A stretch of 64,000 bases of DNA from Nitrospirota bacterium. Lineage in GTDB: Bacteria > Nitrospirota > UBA9217. The stretch covers positions 640,001 to 704,000 of the forward strand of contig CAWJQQ010000001.1 in NCBI GenBank assembly GCA_963845065.1, written 5' to 3'. Below, piece after piece: positions 22,271-32,627 of the stretch (position 1 is the first letter of the stretch; each line of letters opens with the position of its first letter). The translations under genes and the position numbers were made by a program. The notes under the pieces were generated by a model. That model was not told the origin of the DNA. It made no database searches and saw only the letters and a list, made by a program, of their open reading frames with translations.

Positions 22271-23350
22271 TGTGCGGATGACTTCAATGGCAGGATTATT
22301 AATAGTCTCAAAATAGTCTGAACACCAAGCAGCGTACTTTGTTGTGTCGCCATTAAAATAGGCTTGCACACGATCCGGCGATTTCTGGATAAACCGAAGA
22401 TGACTCACGACAGCACGATGTAATTGCTCCGGGCTTGTAATAGCGTAACGCCCAATAGCATTGTTCTTCAAGTCATTCCAAACCCGTTCGTCGGGATTAA
22501 GCTCCGGCGAGTACGCTGGAAGATAGAAGATCCGAAAATGGTCTTTAATCGTTTCGGTAAATTTGGTAACCTTACGTGCCTTGTGAGGCGGATGTCCATC
22601 AACTATCAGGAAAATCTTACGGTCAGAGCCATGAACCAACCGCTTGATAAACGCGACAAAAAGAGCTGCGCCCACACGGCCTCTGACTACCATGAATCTG
22701 AATTCACCTTGGGCGCTCACAGCAGAAATCATGTTCAATCCGAAACGGGCGCCGGTGCTGCTCACGACAGGCGTCTTTCCTTGAACTGCCCAGGTGGTAC
22801 CCGAATGATGGTCAGATCGTACACCAGCCTCGTCACCAAAGAATATCTGCGCCTTTTCTCTGCGGGCCAGGCTTCGGATCTTTGGGTACTCTTTATTCAA
22901 CCAGCGCTGAACTTCCTCCGGCTTTTGCTGATAGGCACGCCAAATAGGACGCTGCGGAGTAAGTCCCAATCGTGCCAGCAAACGGCAAACAGACATTTTG
23001 CTCAATTTAACGCCAAATCGATCGGAGATCACCTTTCTAACCATTTTCGCGGTCCACAGAGCATAGGTGGATTTCATTTGAAGAGGATTCTTCATTGTCA
23101 CGGTGCGGAAAATCCACTGCATGGCAGGACCATCAAGTTTAGGTGGCCTTCCGCCCCGTTTCCGAGCATCAAGAGAACCCCAGCCGCCGTCGCGGTATTT
23201 TGCCAGCCAACCATACATGGTCGCGCGGGCTATCCCCATTGTTTGGGCGACAATCTCAGGGCTATGTCCTTCTTGTACGCTAGCTACAGCCCGTCGTCTT
23301 ACCGCCGTCAGAGTCTTATGGTCAAGTTTTCGCGCATCTGTTTTTCTCAT
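22259..23350 (-). CDS. IS630 family transposase
   Basis: FGDEAG, LIVDGHPPH, LPAYSPELNPDE; ORF reads through the terminal IR. Confidence 0.92.
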   Translation of the reverse strand: MRKTDARKLDHKTLTAVRRRAVASVQEGHSPEIVAQTMGIARATMYGWLAKYRDGGWGSLDARKRGGRPPKLDGPAMQWIFRTVTMKNPLQMKSTYALWTAKMVRKVISDRFGVKLSKMSVCRLLARLGLTPQRPIWRAYQQKPEEVQRWLNKEYPKIRSLARREKAQIFFGDEAGVRSDHHSGTTWAVQGKTPVVSSTGARFGLNMISAVSAQGEFRFMVVRGRVGAALFVAFIKRLVHGSDRKIFLIVDGHPPHKARKVTKFTETIKDHFRIFYLPAYSPELNPDERVWNDLKNNAIGRYAITSPEQLHRAVVSHLRFIQKSPDRVQAYFNGDTTKYAAWCSDYFETINNPAIEVIRTSSF

Positions 23351-23404
23351 GCGCTAAATATAGCATAATCGTATGAATATGTCCACTTTATTATGAGACT
23401 GTTA
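22300..23404 (-). mobile_element. IS630-family element
   Basis: Imperfect terminal IRs TAATAGTCTCAAAATA / TAACAGTCTCATAATA including TA ends. Confidence 0.9.
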
Positions 23405-23726
23405 GTAAGATTGTAACAAGTGAATGTTTTATCATCTGCTATATCTCTCGGCTATGAATGTATTTCGAATTTTGTCGAAAGTGAGGCGCGTGGGGGAAAG
23501 AAATTAAAACCAACTTGTTTCATTTTTATGAACTCAAAGTTGATCATTTTATGCTAACATTGTCGGTATAAAGGTAAAATTGGTCGCAGCTATAAATAAC
23601 AATAACATATTTTAACCAGTTGTACCGTATACGTCACGTCAGCGCTGAATGCCTGGATTTGTGATGAAAACAGATATGCTTTGTCGAGATAATACGTGTA
23701 CCTGATTGTCGGAGAAGGAGAAAATC

Positions 23727-23921
23727 ATGAACTGCTGGGAGTTCAAGAAATGTAGTTATAAAATTGCTTGTCCAGCATTTCCTTCGAATGGAAGAAAGTG
23801 CGCCATCGTATTAGGGACATTACATAATGGTGAAAAGATGGATAGCTATAATGAAAAACTTCAATTTTGCCTAATATGCGATTATTTTAGAAGTGGCTAT
23901 CACGTGAAAACTATTGATTAA
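23727..23921 (+). CDS. Small Cys-rich protein (two-CW domain-like)
   Basis: MNCWEFKKC..CPA..GRKCA..GT..CLICDYF; AAGGAG RBS. Confidence 0.7.
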   Translation: MNCWEFKKCSYKIACPAFPSNGRKCAIVLGTLHNGEKMDSYNEKLQFCLICDYFRSGYHVKTID

Positions 23922-24149
23922 GATTGGGGACGAGGGAAAGAAAGTTTTAAATCTTTTCATTGCTTACTTTGAGCTTCGCCCACTCCCCCAGATTTTTTTC
24001 GTTTTTGAGAATGATTTGTGAGGTAGGTTTGAGGTAGAAATATTTCGGAAATCTGTGAAAACCCATTCGGAATCAATAAACAGATTTTCACTATAGGATT
24101 TTGGGTTCGAAAAAATTTGAGGAAAAGGAATTTGAATAGCCGCATGTAT

Positions 24150-24480
24150 TTAAACTGATGTGAACGGTTTTTCCAAAATACCCTCTGCGAGTTGTAAGGC
24201 TTCCTGCGACGCTTCTTTATTTTCCTTCAAGATGACAGAAATAATCGGGATATTTTTAAATGCTTACTGCTCTTTGACCCTCTTGATAAACTCAATTCCC
24301 GGCCATGTGAGGAATAATTATATCGACAATAAGCAGATTGACATACGAGTTACTGGAAAGCAGATTAAGCCCCTTCTGTCCGCTCAATGCAGAGAGTATA
24401 TCGCATTTGTAGCGAACGAATGTTATTTTATATGTTTAATGAATCGCAGTTGAATCATCGATGATGAGGATTTTCTTTTA
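24150..24480 (-). pseudogene. CheY-like response regulator remnant
   Basis: KKILIIDDS..LLIVDIIIPHM..EFIKRVK..IPII..EKPF with stops and frameshift. Confidence 0.65.
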
Positions 24481-24646
24481 CAGACTCAAACAGAACTCCT
24501 TTAACATCATGAGATTAAACAATGCTAGTGCAGAGTGCTTGGCATAATATGACTAATATGATGTAATGTCAATTTCATTAAATGGCGGAAATCGGTTTCA
24601 AGGACTGGTTGTTCCGAAATGAGAGAAAAAAATGAAAAGCTCGCTC

Positions 24647-24789
24647 AGTGAATTACCCCGCAGCAGAGCTGCGGGGCATCAAAACCGATAGAACCTAAAA
24701 CCAATCAGATTCTTATCCTGACTTCGTCAGGATTGCCCTTTTCATCCCAGCAGTAGAACTGCTGGGTATTCAAGGACAGGTTTTATAAA
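24647..24789 (-). repeat. 143-bp palindromic MITE (IS200/IS605-derived), copy B
   Basis: Inverted copy of 15991-16133. Confidence 0.9.
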
Positions 24790-25298
24790 GCACAGCCTTT
24801 ATTATGAAAGGTTTTGAACTAATTGAACTCTTGTCCACGCATCCCCCCGATAGGCGTAAACAACGCTCTCGCTTTGACCGCTCTGTTGTTCTGATGGAAG
24901 TCCTCGCTGGTGCAATCGATTCAAAGGCGCAGCAGTTTGTTTACGAGATATCACGAAATTTTACGATTATATCAGTATATCAGTTATCGAACGTGAATGG
25001 TTTGCTTGCGGCGAGATCATGATGAAACTGCGACAAGATAAAAAGATTGGCAGCGAGCTGATAAGAGGACTTCTGCCGGACACCTTTACCCGCAGTAGCA
25101 GTCCTAGACACGGGTGCGGTTCTCATCAAGAAGAACGAACGGGGCTTTAAGCTTATTTGCGAAGTGGACAATTTTAAATATGACGTGGTTGATTGATAAA
25201 TTATTTACTTGCTTACATCCTGTCCTGTTACAGTCCTGAAGAGAAAAACGCATTTGCATAAACTCTAAGACCTTGAATTGTTAACACAAAAAATGGAT

Positions 25299-25386
25299 AT
25301 TGCACTCTCAGGGGGGGGTGACCTACCCGAAGGTCATTTGCAGACTGACCACCCACGGCGGCCTTGCTCTTGCCGAGGAGTGCAAT
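25299..25386 (-). ncRNA. Candidate structured RNA downstream of sigma-54 operon
   Basis: 9-bp outer stem ATTGCACTC/GAGTGCAAT enclosing two hairpins and a C8 tract. Confidence 0.45.
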
Positions 25387-25435
25387 CACGTGATTAGACC
25401 ATGCTCAGCGTCTCGCAGTGCCCAAAGTGACAGTT

Positions 25436-25642
25436 TCATCCACGTGAGATGAAGTAAGATAGACCAATTAACATGAGTTCGACTATCAGGATCGGTGTAA
25501 CAGCGTGAGCCAAAGAAAACTCCGGTATCATTACGAGCACCAAGAATATTAACCCACCCATCGTTGCGCCTATCTTCAGTGCCGTTTTAACTGCATCGTT
25601 CTTCATGATTCCATTTTCCAGTAAATGAATTTTTATATTCAT
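25436..25642 (-). CDS. Small two-TM hypothetical protein
   Basis: AGGAG RBS, ATG 25642, two hydrophobic helices. Confidence 0.6.
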   Translation of the reverse strand: MNIKIHLLENGIMKNDAVKTALKIGATMGGLIFLVLVMIPEFSLAHAVTPILIVELMLIGLSYFISRG

Positions 25643-25658
25643 TTTATGCTCCTTTTTG

Positions 25659-25973
25659 TTATTTGCTGCTAGCCATAGAAAACTTTTCTGATGTCTGTCC
25701 GCTCTCAAGCACTCTGCCGACGAGCCAGCCCATAGTGGCCGTAGCAGTTACGATCGTGATTCCGAACACTATGACGCCCACCAGCATGGATGCGAGCACG
25801 ATTGCACGTGATATGATTCCCGGGTCCAGCGGAAGCCCGAAAAACATTCCGGCTAGTTTGATTCCTGAGGCGCCGCCCAGAAGGCTGCCGGGAAGAAGAC
25901 CGAAAATCGCGAAGATCACTATTCCTGCGCCCGCTCCGATGTATGCTGTTTTTCTCGAAATTTTGGCATTCAT
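25659..25973 (-). CDS. Gly-rich small membrane protein (Geobacter GSU3409/GSU3410-like by recollection)
   Basis: AYIGAGAGIVIFAIFGLLPGSLLGG..ISRAIV..SMLVGV; AGGAGG RBS. Confidence 0.75.
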   Translation of the reverse strand: MNAKISRKTAYIGAGAGIVIFAIFGLLPGSLLGGASGIKLAGMFFGLPLDPGIISRAIVLASMLVGVIVFGITIVTATATMGWLVGRVLESGQTSEKFSMASSK

Positions 25974-26011
25974 TTTGTTGTCCTCCTTTCGTTCAGTCTT
26001 GCCTTATTAAT

Positions 26012-26027
26012 TGCAGATCGCGTGCCA
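26012..26027 (-). promoter_or_regulatory. Sigma-54 promoter
   Basis: TGGCACGCGATCTGCA (-24 GG / -12 GC) about 40 bp upstream of the 25973 start. Confidence 0.75.
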
Positions 26028-26856
26028 AAATATAACTGATTGATTTTGTGAGAACATGGTGATGCGAGTTTTTGCAAAGATGAGAAATAGGGTAATTAAG
26101 TTGTTAATCATGCAAACGAATCAGACTTATGCCGTATGAATATTTATCTTTATCGTATATCTGATACAGAACGAGAAAACATATGTAGCGCTAGATTCAA
26201 CGCCAAGGCACCGTCAGATTCTGGTTTGACAGTTCCCACAGTGGGCACTTAAATATTGACCGCATATACGGGGAAAACAGACGCTATCAAAAGCCATTGT
26301 TTTTGAGCCACAGGTGGGGGGAGATAATTTCGAGCAAAATCTATCTTTCGAATATGACAGATGCCACACCCGTTTTGTGAGGCTGGAACTAAGACGCCAT
26401 AGTTCTTTAAGAATTGTGCAGTTTATCGTATTAACAATGGCAACGGTCCTTTACGCAAATACCAAGGTGTGTTAATGATAATGACGTGGGGGAGGCACCT
26501 CTGAGGAACAGAAGGTTTTTAGAAGAGCGCTCTATGCTGAAACAGAATATGGTATCATCTTTTCTCAAAAGGCTCTGGAACGATGACCGCAATACGACGG
26601 CTAGGATGGCCGAACCGAGATTCCTGGTAAACCTTCCACATATGAAGATATAAGTTCTTGCTCTTGCTTTCTCAAACACTTATTTCCCTTAAATATAGAA
26701 AAGGCCTGCAATTATGATGGTAAATATATGACTTTTAATCCGCCTAGAGTAGAATTGAAATCATGTGAACTTGGGATGTAATAATAATGTGATGCAAATG
26801 TAGTGTAATGGTTAGATGTAACAAACCATGCAATATCTGCAAGAAGAAAAATAAAA

Positions 26857-27156
26857 ATGGCATTCATCCTTTTTAAAGAGAGGGTCAAAGATCTTGCGAA
26901 GTGGAAAGAAATTTACGATTCTCGCCAGAAAAATTGCGTTGAGGCGGGAATTATAGACAAGTATGTTTTACGAGGTGCTACTGATGACAATGAAGTCATA
27001 CTTTTGAGGGAAGAAAAGGATATGGGCCGAGCAAAAGCTTTCATTGAGGCGCCACAATTGCGAGATGCGATGGAGAAGTCTGGCGTCATCGGGAAACCAG
27101 ATATTTACTTTATTAATGATGAGTATAGGGATTTAGCAAAAGCTTCTGGTTTTTGA
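26857..27156 (+). CDS. Dimeric alpha/beta barrel (ABM/cyclase-like) hypothetical protein
   Basis: VKDLAKWKEIYD..DDNEV..AKAF..LRDAMEKSGVIGKPDI. Confidence 0.6.
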   Translation: MAFILFKERVKDLAKWKEIYDSRQKNCVEAGIIDKYVLRGATDDNEVILLREEKDMGRAKAFIEAPQLRDAMEKSGVIGKPDIYFINDEYRDLAKASGF

Positions 27157-27612
27157 TGGCTTGAATACGGGGCTAGGCATTCTTTGGGATCTGGGAAAAG
27201 AGGTTGTTTCTTTTTTAAAGTATTTATTTTCTCCAGTTGCCGTGTGACCAAGTACTAAGGCATATGAGATGTTACATCCTGTTAAAGCGGGTACGATGTT
27301 CGCATATCCTGACCGCAAGAAAATTACTGTGACATCATTAGACGGTTTAGGTGAAGATAACTTCCAGGAAAAGAGTTTCTATGTAGAGATCCGTGATATA
27401 TTTGCCAAGATTAATTATTCCAGATGTCGATTGCATAGGAGGTGGCATGGGGCATTGATTGTGGCTCCAGGAACTGTATTTGCCATGAAGCGTATGGGAC
27501 ATCGCGGAAAATTTTAAGTCGTACTGCTAAAAATAATTGCATTAAAAACCCGTCAGTTTGTATCAACTGACGGGACTTATTTTTAGCAGACATAACTACT
27601 ACTTACTGCCTA

Positions 27613-28200
27613 TTACTGTTGAGAAGGTGGGATGGGAACGGAAGCGGGGACCTGATTCTTGATAGGCTTAACACTTTTGATATAGGTAAATATCGCCTTG
27701 AGATCCGCGTCTGTAAGTTTAGCATATTCATTCCAAGGCATAGGAGGTAAAATGTCACGCCCTGAGCCCATGAACTTGCCACTGCGTATAATCCTGATGA
27801 ACAACTCTTCGTTCCAAGTCCCTGTCCCGGTTTCCGGATCAGGTGAAAGATTGGAAGTATAGCTTGTACCCCAAGGGCCTACCCACCCTGTTAAACCATT
27901 GTTGGTTATAGCGCCCCATTTATTCAGAGTGAATATGTTGGGCGGAACTTCGGGCAGTTTTTCATTAGAGGGATGACCTGAAAGAAGCCGTGTATCGTCT
28001 GGGACAGGACCGTTCTGCGTTATTTTCTTAGGGGAATGACAGTCGTTGCATCCTCCCACAGTCACAAGATATAGACCTCTCTTGATCTGCGCCTTTTTTC
28101 CGTCTGCCACTTTTTGTTCAGCGGCTAACAAGACCTTTGATGCCAGCAAAAGGCTGAATAACCCTATCATTAGGCATTCTGCAATGGCTATCTTTCTCAT
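27613..28200 (-). CDS. Periplasmic c-type cytochrome (cytochrome c-553-like family)
   Basis: Signal peptide, CNDCH, GPWGTSYTSNLSPD, PPMPW. Confidence 0.85.
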   Translation of the reverse strand: MRKIAIAECLMIGLFSLLLASKVLLAAEQKVADGKKAQIKRGLYLVTVGGCNDCHSPKKITQNGPVPDDTRLLSGHPSNEKLPEVPPNIFTLNKWGAITNNGLTGWVGPWGTSYTSNLSPDPETGTGTWNEELFIRIIRSGKFMGSGRDILPPMPWNEYAKLTDADLKAIFTYIKSVKPIKNQVPASVPIPPSQQ

Positions 28201-28696
28201 TCTTCACTCTCCTTTCGTAAAGTATTTTAACCATGTGATTAATATTAGCAGATACCTTTTAGCGTTGCAAGGAGGTCTGAATAAGCAGATGTTAATAAGA
28301 TATAGCGCCAATTTGCGAGATGGAGAATTATAGTGGTTGAGAACAGCGATAAATATCATTGGCGTAGGTCAAATGATCATTATAAATTACGATATGAAAA
28401 GTGCAATTTCCAATACGTGCAACTATTGTGGAATTCTGGAAAGACAGCTCACTGCAAGTTGTATCCATATTCTGCACTTCGATAACAATTAGAATCTCTA
28501 TGAGGCGCACCTGTTGTCTAGTCTGAATTACTCGCTATATAGAACTATTAACAGATTCGAATTCAAGTAAGCCGCTCCGCGGCAGAAGAGCAAAGCATCC
28601 ATCCTGCGTCCATCCCACCTTGTCTGATATTTCCTGAATAATCTCCGTGTTACCATACATCTCCAATGCAGTTCAATCTTGTAGCACAAGGAGAGT

Positions 28697-29572
28697 ATGG
28701 TCATGGAAAACTGGTACGAGAAGTCCAAAGAAGCCCTGCAACTGAGCGGTAAGGGCGACACAACGCAAGAAAGTTACACACGCGCAGTCCGATTACTCAT
28801 TGAGCATTTCGGCAACAAAACCCCCGATCTCATCACCGAAGAAGAGCTTCAGGAATACTTCCTCCATTGCAGGAACGTTCGCAAGTGGGCGCCCAAAACC
28901 ATGGCTGTCTGCTATGCCGGCATCCGCTTTTTCTTTGAGAACGTCCTGCGCCGTGACTGGCATATCCTGAGCATCATTCGGGCGCAAACTGAACACCGGC
29001 TTCCGACTGTGCTTAGTATCGAAGAGGTACGCGCCACCCTTTCCCGCGTCACGTCTCCTCGCAACCACGCCTTCCTCTCCACAGTCTATTCCTGCGGCCT
29101 TCGGCTCCAGGAAGCGCTACACCTCGAAGTCCCGGACATCGATAAACACCGTATGATGATCCATATCCACCGGGGGAAAGGCGCTAAAGACCGTTATGTT
29201 CCGCTTCCCCGTACGACGTATGCTCTTTTGCGGAAGCATTGGGCCACTCACAAAAACCCCCGATTGATTTTTCCCTCACGGGGCATATACAAAGATGGCT
29301 CGGACATTCGGAAACCGGTTTCATACAGTACGGTGCAGGCGGCGCTTCAGAACGCGGTACGCGCAGCGGGTATTCAGAAACGCAACGTCTCCATCCACAC
29401 GCTTCGCCACGCCTATGCTACTCACCTGCTCGAAGCCGGCGTGAATCTGAGCGTCATCCAGCAGTATATGGGCCACTCCAGCCTTGAGACCACGATGATT
29501 TACCTACATTTGACCACCAAGGGTCAGGAAGACGCTTACAAAATCATCGACCAGCTCATGACGGGGTTTTGA
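28697..29572 (+). CDS. Tyrosine recombinase/integrase
   Basis: YSCGLR, GKGAKDR, HTLRH, MGHSS, TMIY. Confidence 0.93.
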   Translation: MVMENWYEKSKEALQLSGKGDTTQESYTRAVRLLIEHFGNKTPDLITEEELQEYFLHCRNVRKWAPKTMAVCYAGIRFFFENVLRRDWHILSIIRAQTEHRLPTVLSIEEVRATLSRVTSPRNHAFLSTVYSCGLRLQEALHLEVPDIDKHRMMIHIHRGKGAKDRYVPLPRTTYALLRKHWATHKNPRLIFPSRGIYKDGSDIRKPVSYSTVQAALQNAVRAAGIQKRNVSIHTLRHAYATHLLEAGVNLSVIQQYMGHSSLETTMIYLHLTTKGQEDAYKIIDQLMTGF

Positions 29573-30669
29573 CCATGGACACGATCAATGAGATTTTCCG
29601 CACCTATGCCCCGGAGTACGTGTCACGGTTTGGCGAAGCGATTCCTCTGGAACATCGCAAGGCAATAGACGCAATTATCAACTGCCGCACTCCAGCTTGT
29701 GGGACGACCTGGTTCCGTTGCGAAGACTGCGGGAAAGACCATGCCATCCATCGTTCTTGCGGCAACCGTCACTGCCCGACCTGCCAGTATCATAAGAGCC
29801 GACAGTGGCTCGAAAAACAGATTGATCGGCGGATGCCAGGACATCACTTCATGATCACGTTCACGGTGCCCGAGCAGATTCGTCGGTTCATCAGAGGCAA
29901 TCAACGAGCAGCTTATGCTGCCTTGTTTTCTGCTTCTTCAGCGGCTATGAAAAAGCTGGTTCTCGACCCCAAGTTCATGGGCGGCGATCTGCCGGGCTTC
30001 TTCGGGGTCCTGCACACATGGGGCAGAACACTGGAGTTTCACCCCCATGTCCACTATATCGTCGTAGGTGGGGCGTTTTCGTCCGAGGATAAAACATGGA
30101 AACCGTCAGGAACCGGTTTCTATGTGCCGGTCCAAGCGCTATCTCCCATTTTCCGGGCGAAGTTCAAGGATGAGATGAAAAAAGCAGGCCTTTTTGATCA
30201 AATCCCCGAAGAGGTCTGGCGCATCGACTGGAACGTGAACTCGCAAGCCGTGGGCGACAGCGAAGGGAGTCTCAAGTATCTTGCCCCCTATGTCTTTCGG
30301 GTAGCCTTGTCCAACAGCCGGATCGTGAAAGTCGAGAATCGTCAGATCTTCATTCATTACAAAAAGACCAATAGCAATCGCTGGAGAACGCTGGAACTTG
30401 AGGTGATGGAATTTATGCGTCGCTTCCTCCAGCACGTTCTACCGACGGGGTTCATGAAGGTGCGATATTACGGCTTCTTAAGCCCGACCTGCAAAGTCCC
30501 GCTTGAGAACATCAGGACGCTGATTGAGCTGGCTTATGGATTTGAGGTGACGATGTCTGAAGTCGAACAGACGCCCCCAATGCCTCATCCAACATGCGGG
30601 TGCTGCGGTGGCTTTCTCAAAGTGATTTCGATTTCTCCGCCGCCGCAGCACCTGGCACGCGCCGGATAG
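29569..30669 (+). CDS. IS91-family (Y2) transposase with N-terminal zinc-binding domain
   Basis: CEDC..SCGNRHCPTCQ, HPHVH (HUH), YLAPY, HVLPTGFMKVRYYG. Confidence 0.92.
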   Translation: MTMDTINEIFRTYAPEYVSRFGEAIPLEHRKAIDAIINCRTPACGTTWFRCEDCGKDHAIHRSCGNRHCPTCQYHKSRQWLEKQIDRRMPGHHFMITFTVPEQIRRFIRGNQRAAYAALFSASSAAMKKLVLDPKFMGGDLPGFFGVLHTWGRTLEFHPHVHYIVVGGAFSSEDKTWKPSGTGFYVPVQALSPIFRAKFKDEMKKAGLFDQIPEEVWRIDWNVNSQAVGDSEGSLKYLAPYVFRVALSNSRIVKVENRQIFIHYKKTNSNRWRTLELEVMEFMRRFLQHVLPTGFMKVRYYGFLSPTCKVPLENIRTLIELAYGFEVTMSEVEQTPPMPHPTCGCCGGFLKVISISPPPQHLARAG

Positions 30670-31117
30670 CATCCGACGATTTTGATTCACCACGTGTTTC
30701 TCGTGTAAGATCCCGCAGGCATCATCTGCGGGTCAACGCTCCCGTTCGGCCGCGCGAGCGGATCAGGCGATGATTTCTGCGTGTGAGTATAATGGGAATC
30801 ACGTTTGTTTTTTTATAATCAGACCGACACGAGCTCTCACTCTCCATAAACTGCCCATTCAGGCTTTAACCAAAAACGACCCCTCGAAGCATTACCCTAT
30901 ATATAGAGACCATCGGTCATCATCCTGCCGCTCCGGGCTTCTTGAATTATGGATTGAGTACGACGTGAAGATGTCGTCACAATCCTTATTGATTATAACA
31001 TGATTTGATGAATCTGGTTTCTGAGCCACCTGGCAGTTTAATTTCTGGGAAACAAACAGGCTTGAATCACAAGTCCATTTCGGACAGATCACCCCAGAAA
31101 TAATTTCAAAAGGTCTT

Positions 31118-32032
31118 TTAGAGCTCGACGATCCTTGTGCTGATCTCGATTGCTGTTTCGGCGCCCTGGCCGGCGGAGATGATTGCCTGGGAGTGGCCGT
31201 GGCGTAGAGCGCCTAGAACGAAGAGACCGGGGATGCTAGATTCGCCCGCGCCCCTCGTCATGATCTTGAATCCCTCAGCGTCGCGCTCCAGGGGGAGGTC
31301 ATCGAGGTATTCATCGTTGAGTGAGATCCCGCCCCACCCCAAGATGACCTCGCAGGGGATGACGCGCCCGTCGGAGAGCCGCACCCCCTCGAGGGTCTTC
31401 TCGCCGAGAAGTTCTTCCGGCCGCCCCTCAAACAGGCTGATTCCCTCCTCCTCGAGGAGAGCTGCGTAAGCTGGCGCTGGGGAGAAGCCGTGGGCGAGGA
31501 AGGTCACGTCGCTGGTGAACAGCTGCTTCATGCCGACGCTGAGGCGCACCCCGTTGATGGTGCGGTCAAGGACAAGCAGCTTTTTGCCCGTTGTGCGATA
31601 TCCGTCGCAGATCATGCAGGTAAAGTAAGAGTTGCCGAAGAAGCGCAGAAGGTTTTTGAAGGGAGCGAGGGTCTCCCGGGCCCCTGAGGCGGCAATGACG
31701 AAACGCGTGAGATAGGTCTTCCCATTAGCCTGGACAACGAAGTGCCCCTGCCGGGCCAAGACGCGTTGCACCTTGGCATTCTCCACAGAGACGCCGAAGC
31801 TCTTCGCCTGGGCGATGCCAGCTTCCAGAAGGTCAGAGCCTGAGACCTCACGAAGGCCCAGGTAGTTTTCGATGTGTTTCGCGAGGTAGGTCCGCCCCCC
31901 GGGGCTGTGGAATAGCATAACGCGGAAATTGTAGCGGCCGAGATGGATGCAGGCCTGTAGGCCTCCCGGACCCGCGCCGATGACTATACAGTCGAGAAGT
32001 TTTTCGTTGCCTATGCTGCCCGCTCGTTCCAT
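31118..32032 (-). CDS. Thioredoxin reductase-like NAD(P)/FAD oxidoreductase
   Basis: IVIGAGPGG, IENYLG, CMICDG, SIPGLF. Confidence 0.85.
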   Translation of the reverse strand: MERAGSIGNEKLLDCIVIGAGPGGLQACIHLGRYNFRVMLFHSPGGRTYLAKHIENYLGLREVSGSDLLEAGIAQAKSFGVSVENAKVQRVLARQGHFVVQANGKTYLTRFVIAASGARETLAPFKNLLRFFGNSYFTCMICDGYRTTGKKLLVLDRTINGVRLSVGMKQLFTSDVTFLAHGFSPAPAYAALLEEEGISLFEGRPEELLGEKTLEGVRLSDGRVIPCEVILGWGGISLNDEYLDDLPLERDAEGFKIMTRGAGESSIPGLFVLGALRHGHSQAIISAGQGAETAIEISTRIVEL

Positions 32033-32229
32033 GAACCCTCCCCCTGTACCCCAAGAAGAGCATGAGGGTCAGGTTGTTAATGTCTATACTTGCTTAAGGA
32101 ATTAAAATCTGATTGCCATAAGAATAGCGCATAGCGAGATGTTTGGCAATACCCCTGTTTACAGCAAAGAAGACATATATTCACTTATGTGATATAATGT
32201 TCATGCTAGGTCAATAAACTAAGAATCTG

Positions 32230-32350
32230 TCAAACGGAGTTAAATTTAGAGCTTATCCAACGGAGAAACAGCAAGAGGTGCTTTCTAAACGGATAGGTTG
32301 TCAATGGTTGCTATAGAACGCTAAGGTTGCCGAGGACCATTACTTCAAAA
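32230..32350 (+). pseudogene. TnpB (IS605 OrfB) N-terminal HTH fragment
   Basis: GVKFRAYPTEKQQEVLSKRIGCQWLL*NAKVAED. Confidence 0.65.
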
Positions 32351-32627
32351 TGTTCTGTAACAACACTCTCCCTTTGACCGGCATCCTAACTCCTGTTGAT
32401 TTTGTGCCTGAAATATCGTCATAGATGCCCCTGTACAGCGTATATAGCGTTTCTCCTAAGCTGAAGGCATGCCTCTGGGATATGGAATTAATGTTTTCCT
32501 GGACAGCATGCTTACTGAAAAGGTAACTTCTTGAAATAGTAGATTTTACAATTGCAAAACCAGTTGCAATATTGACGGGCTCAGAGTTTTACCGGACAGG
32601 TGTGAAATTGGAAGATAAATCTCAACA

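Larger units (their letters stand above)
28560..30948 (+). mobile_element. Tyrosine recombinase + IS91-like Y2 transposase element
   Basis: Two overlapping genes flanked by imperfect IRs AATTCAAG(T)AAGCC..GCGGCAG. Confidence 0.8.

Noticed and set aside
22424..23368. 314-aa plus-strand ORF
   Set aside because: Antisense shadow of the IS630 transposase; no recognisable motifs.
26431..26679. 82-aa ORF and neighbouring fragments
   Set aside because: No family recognised and no clear RBS; left uncalled.
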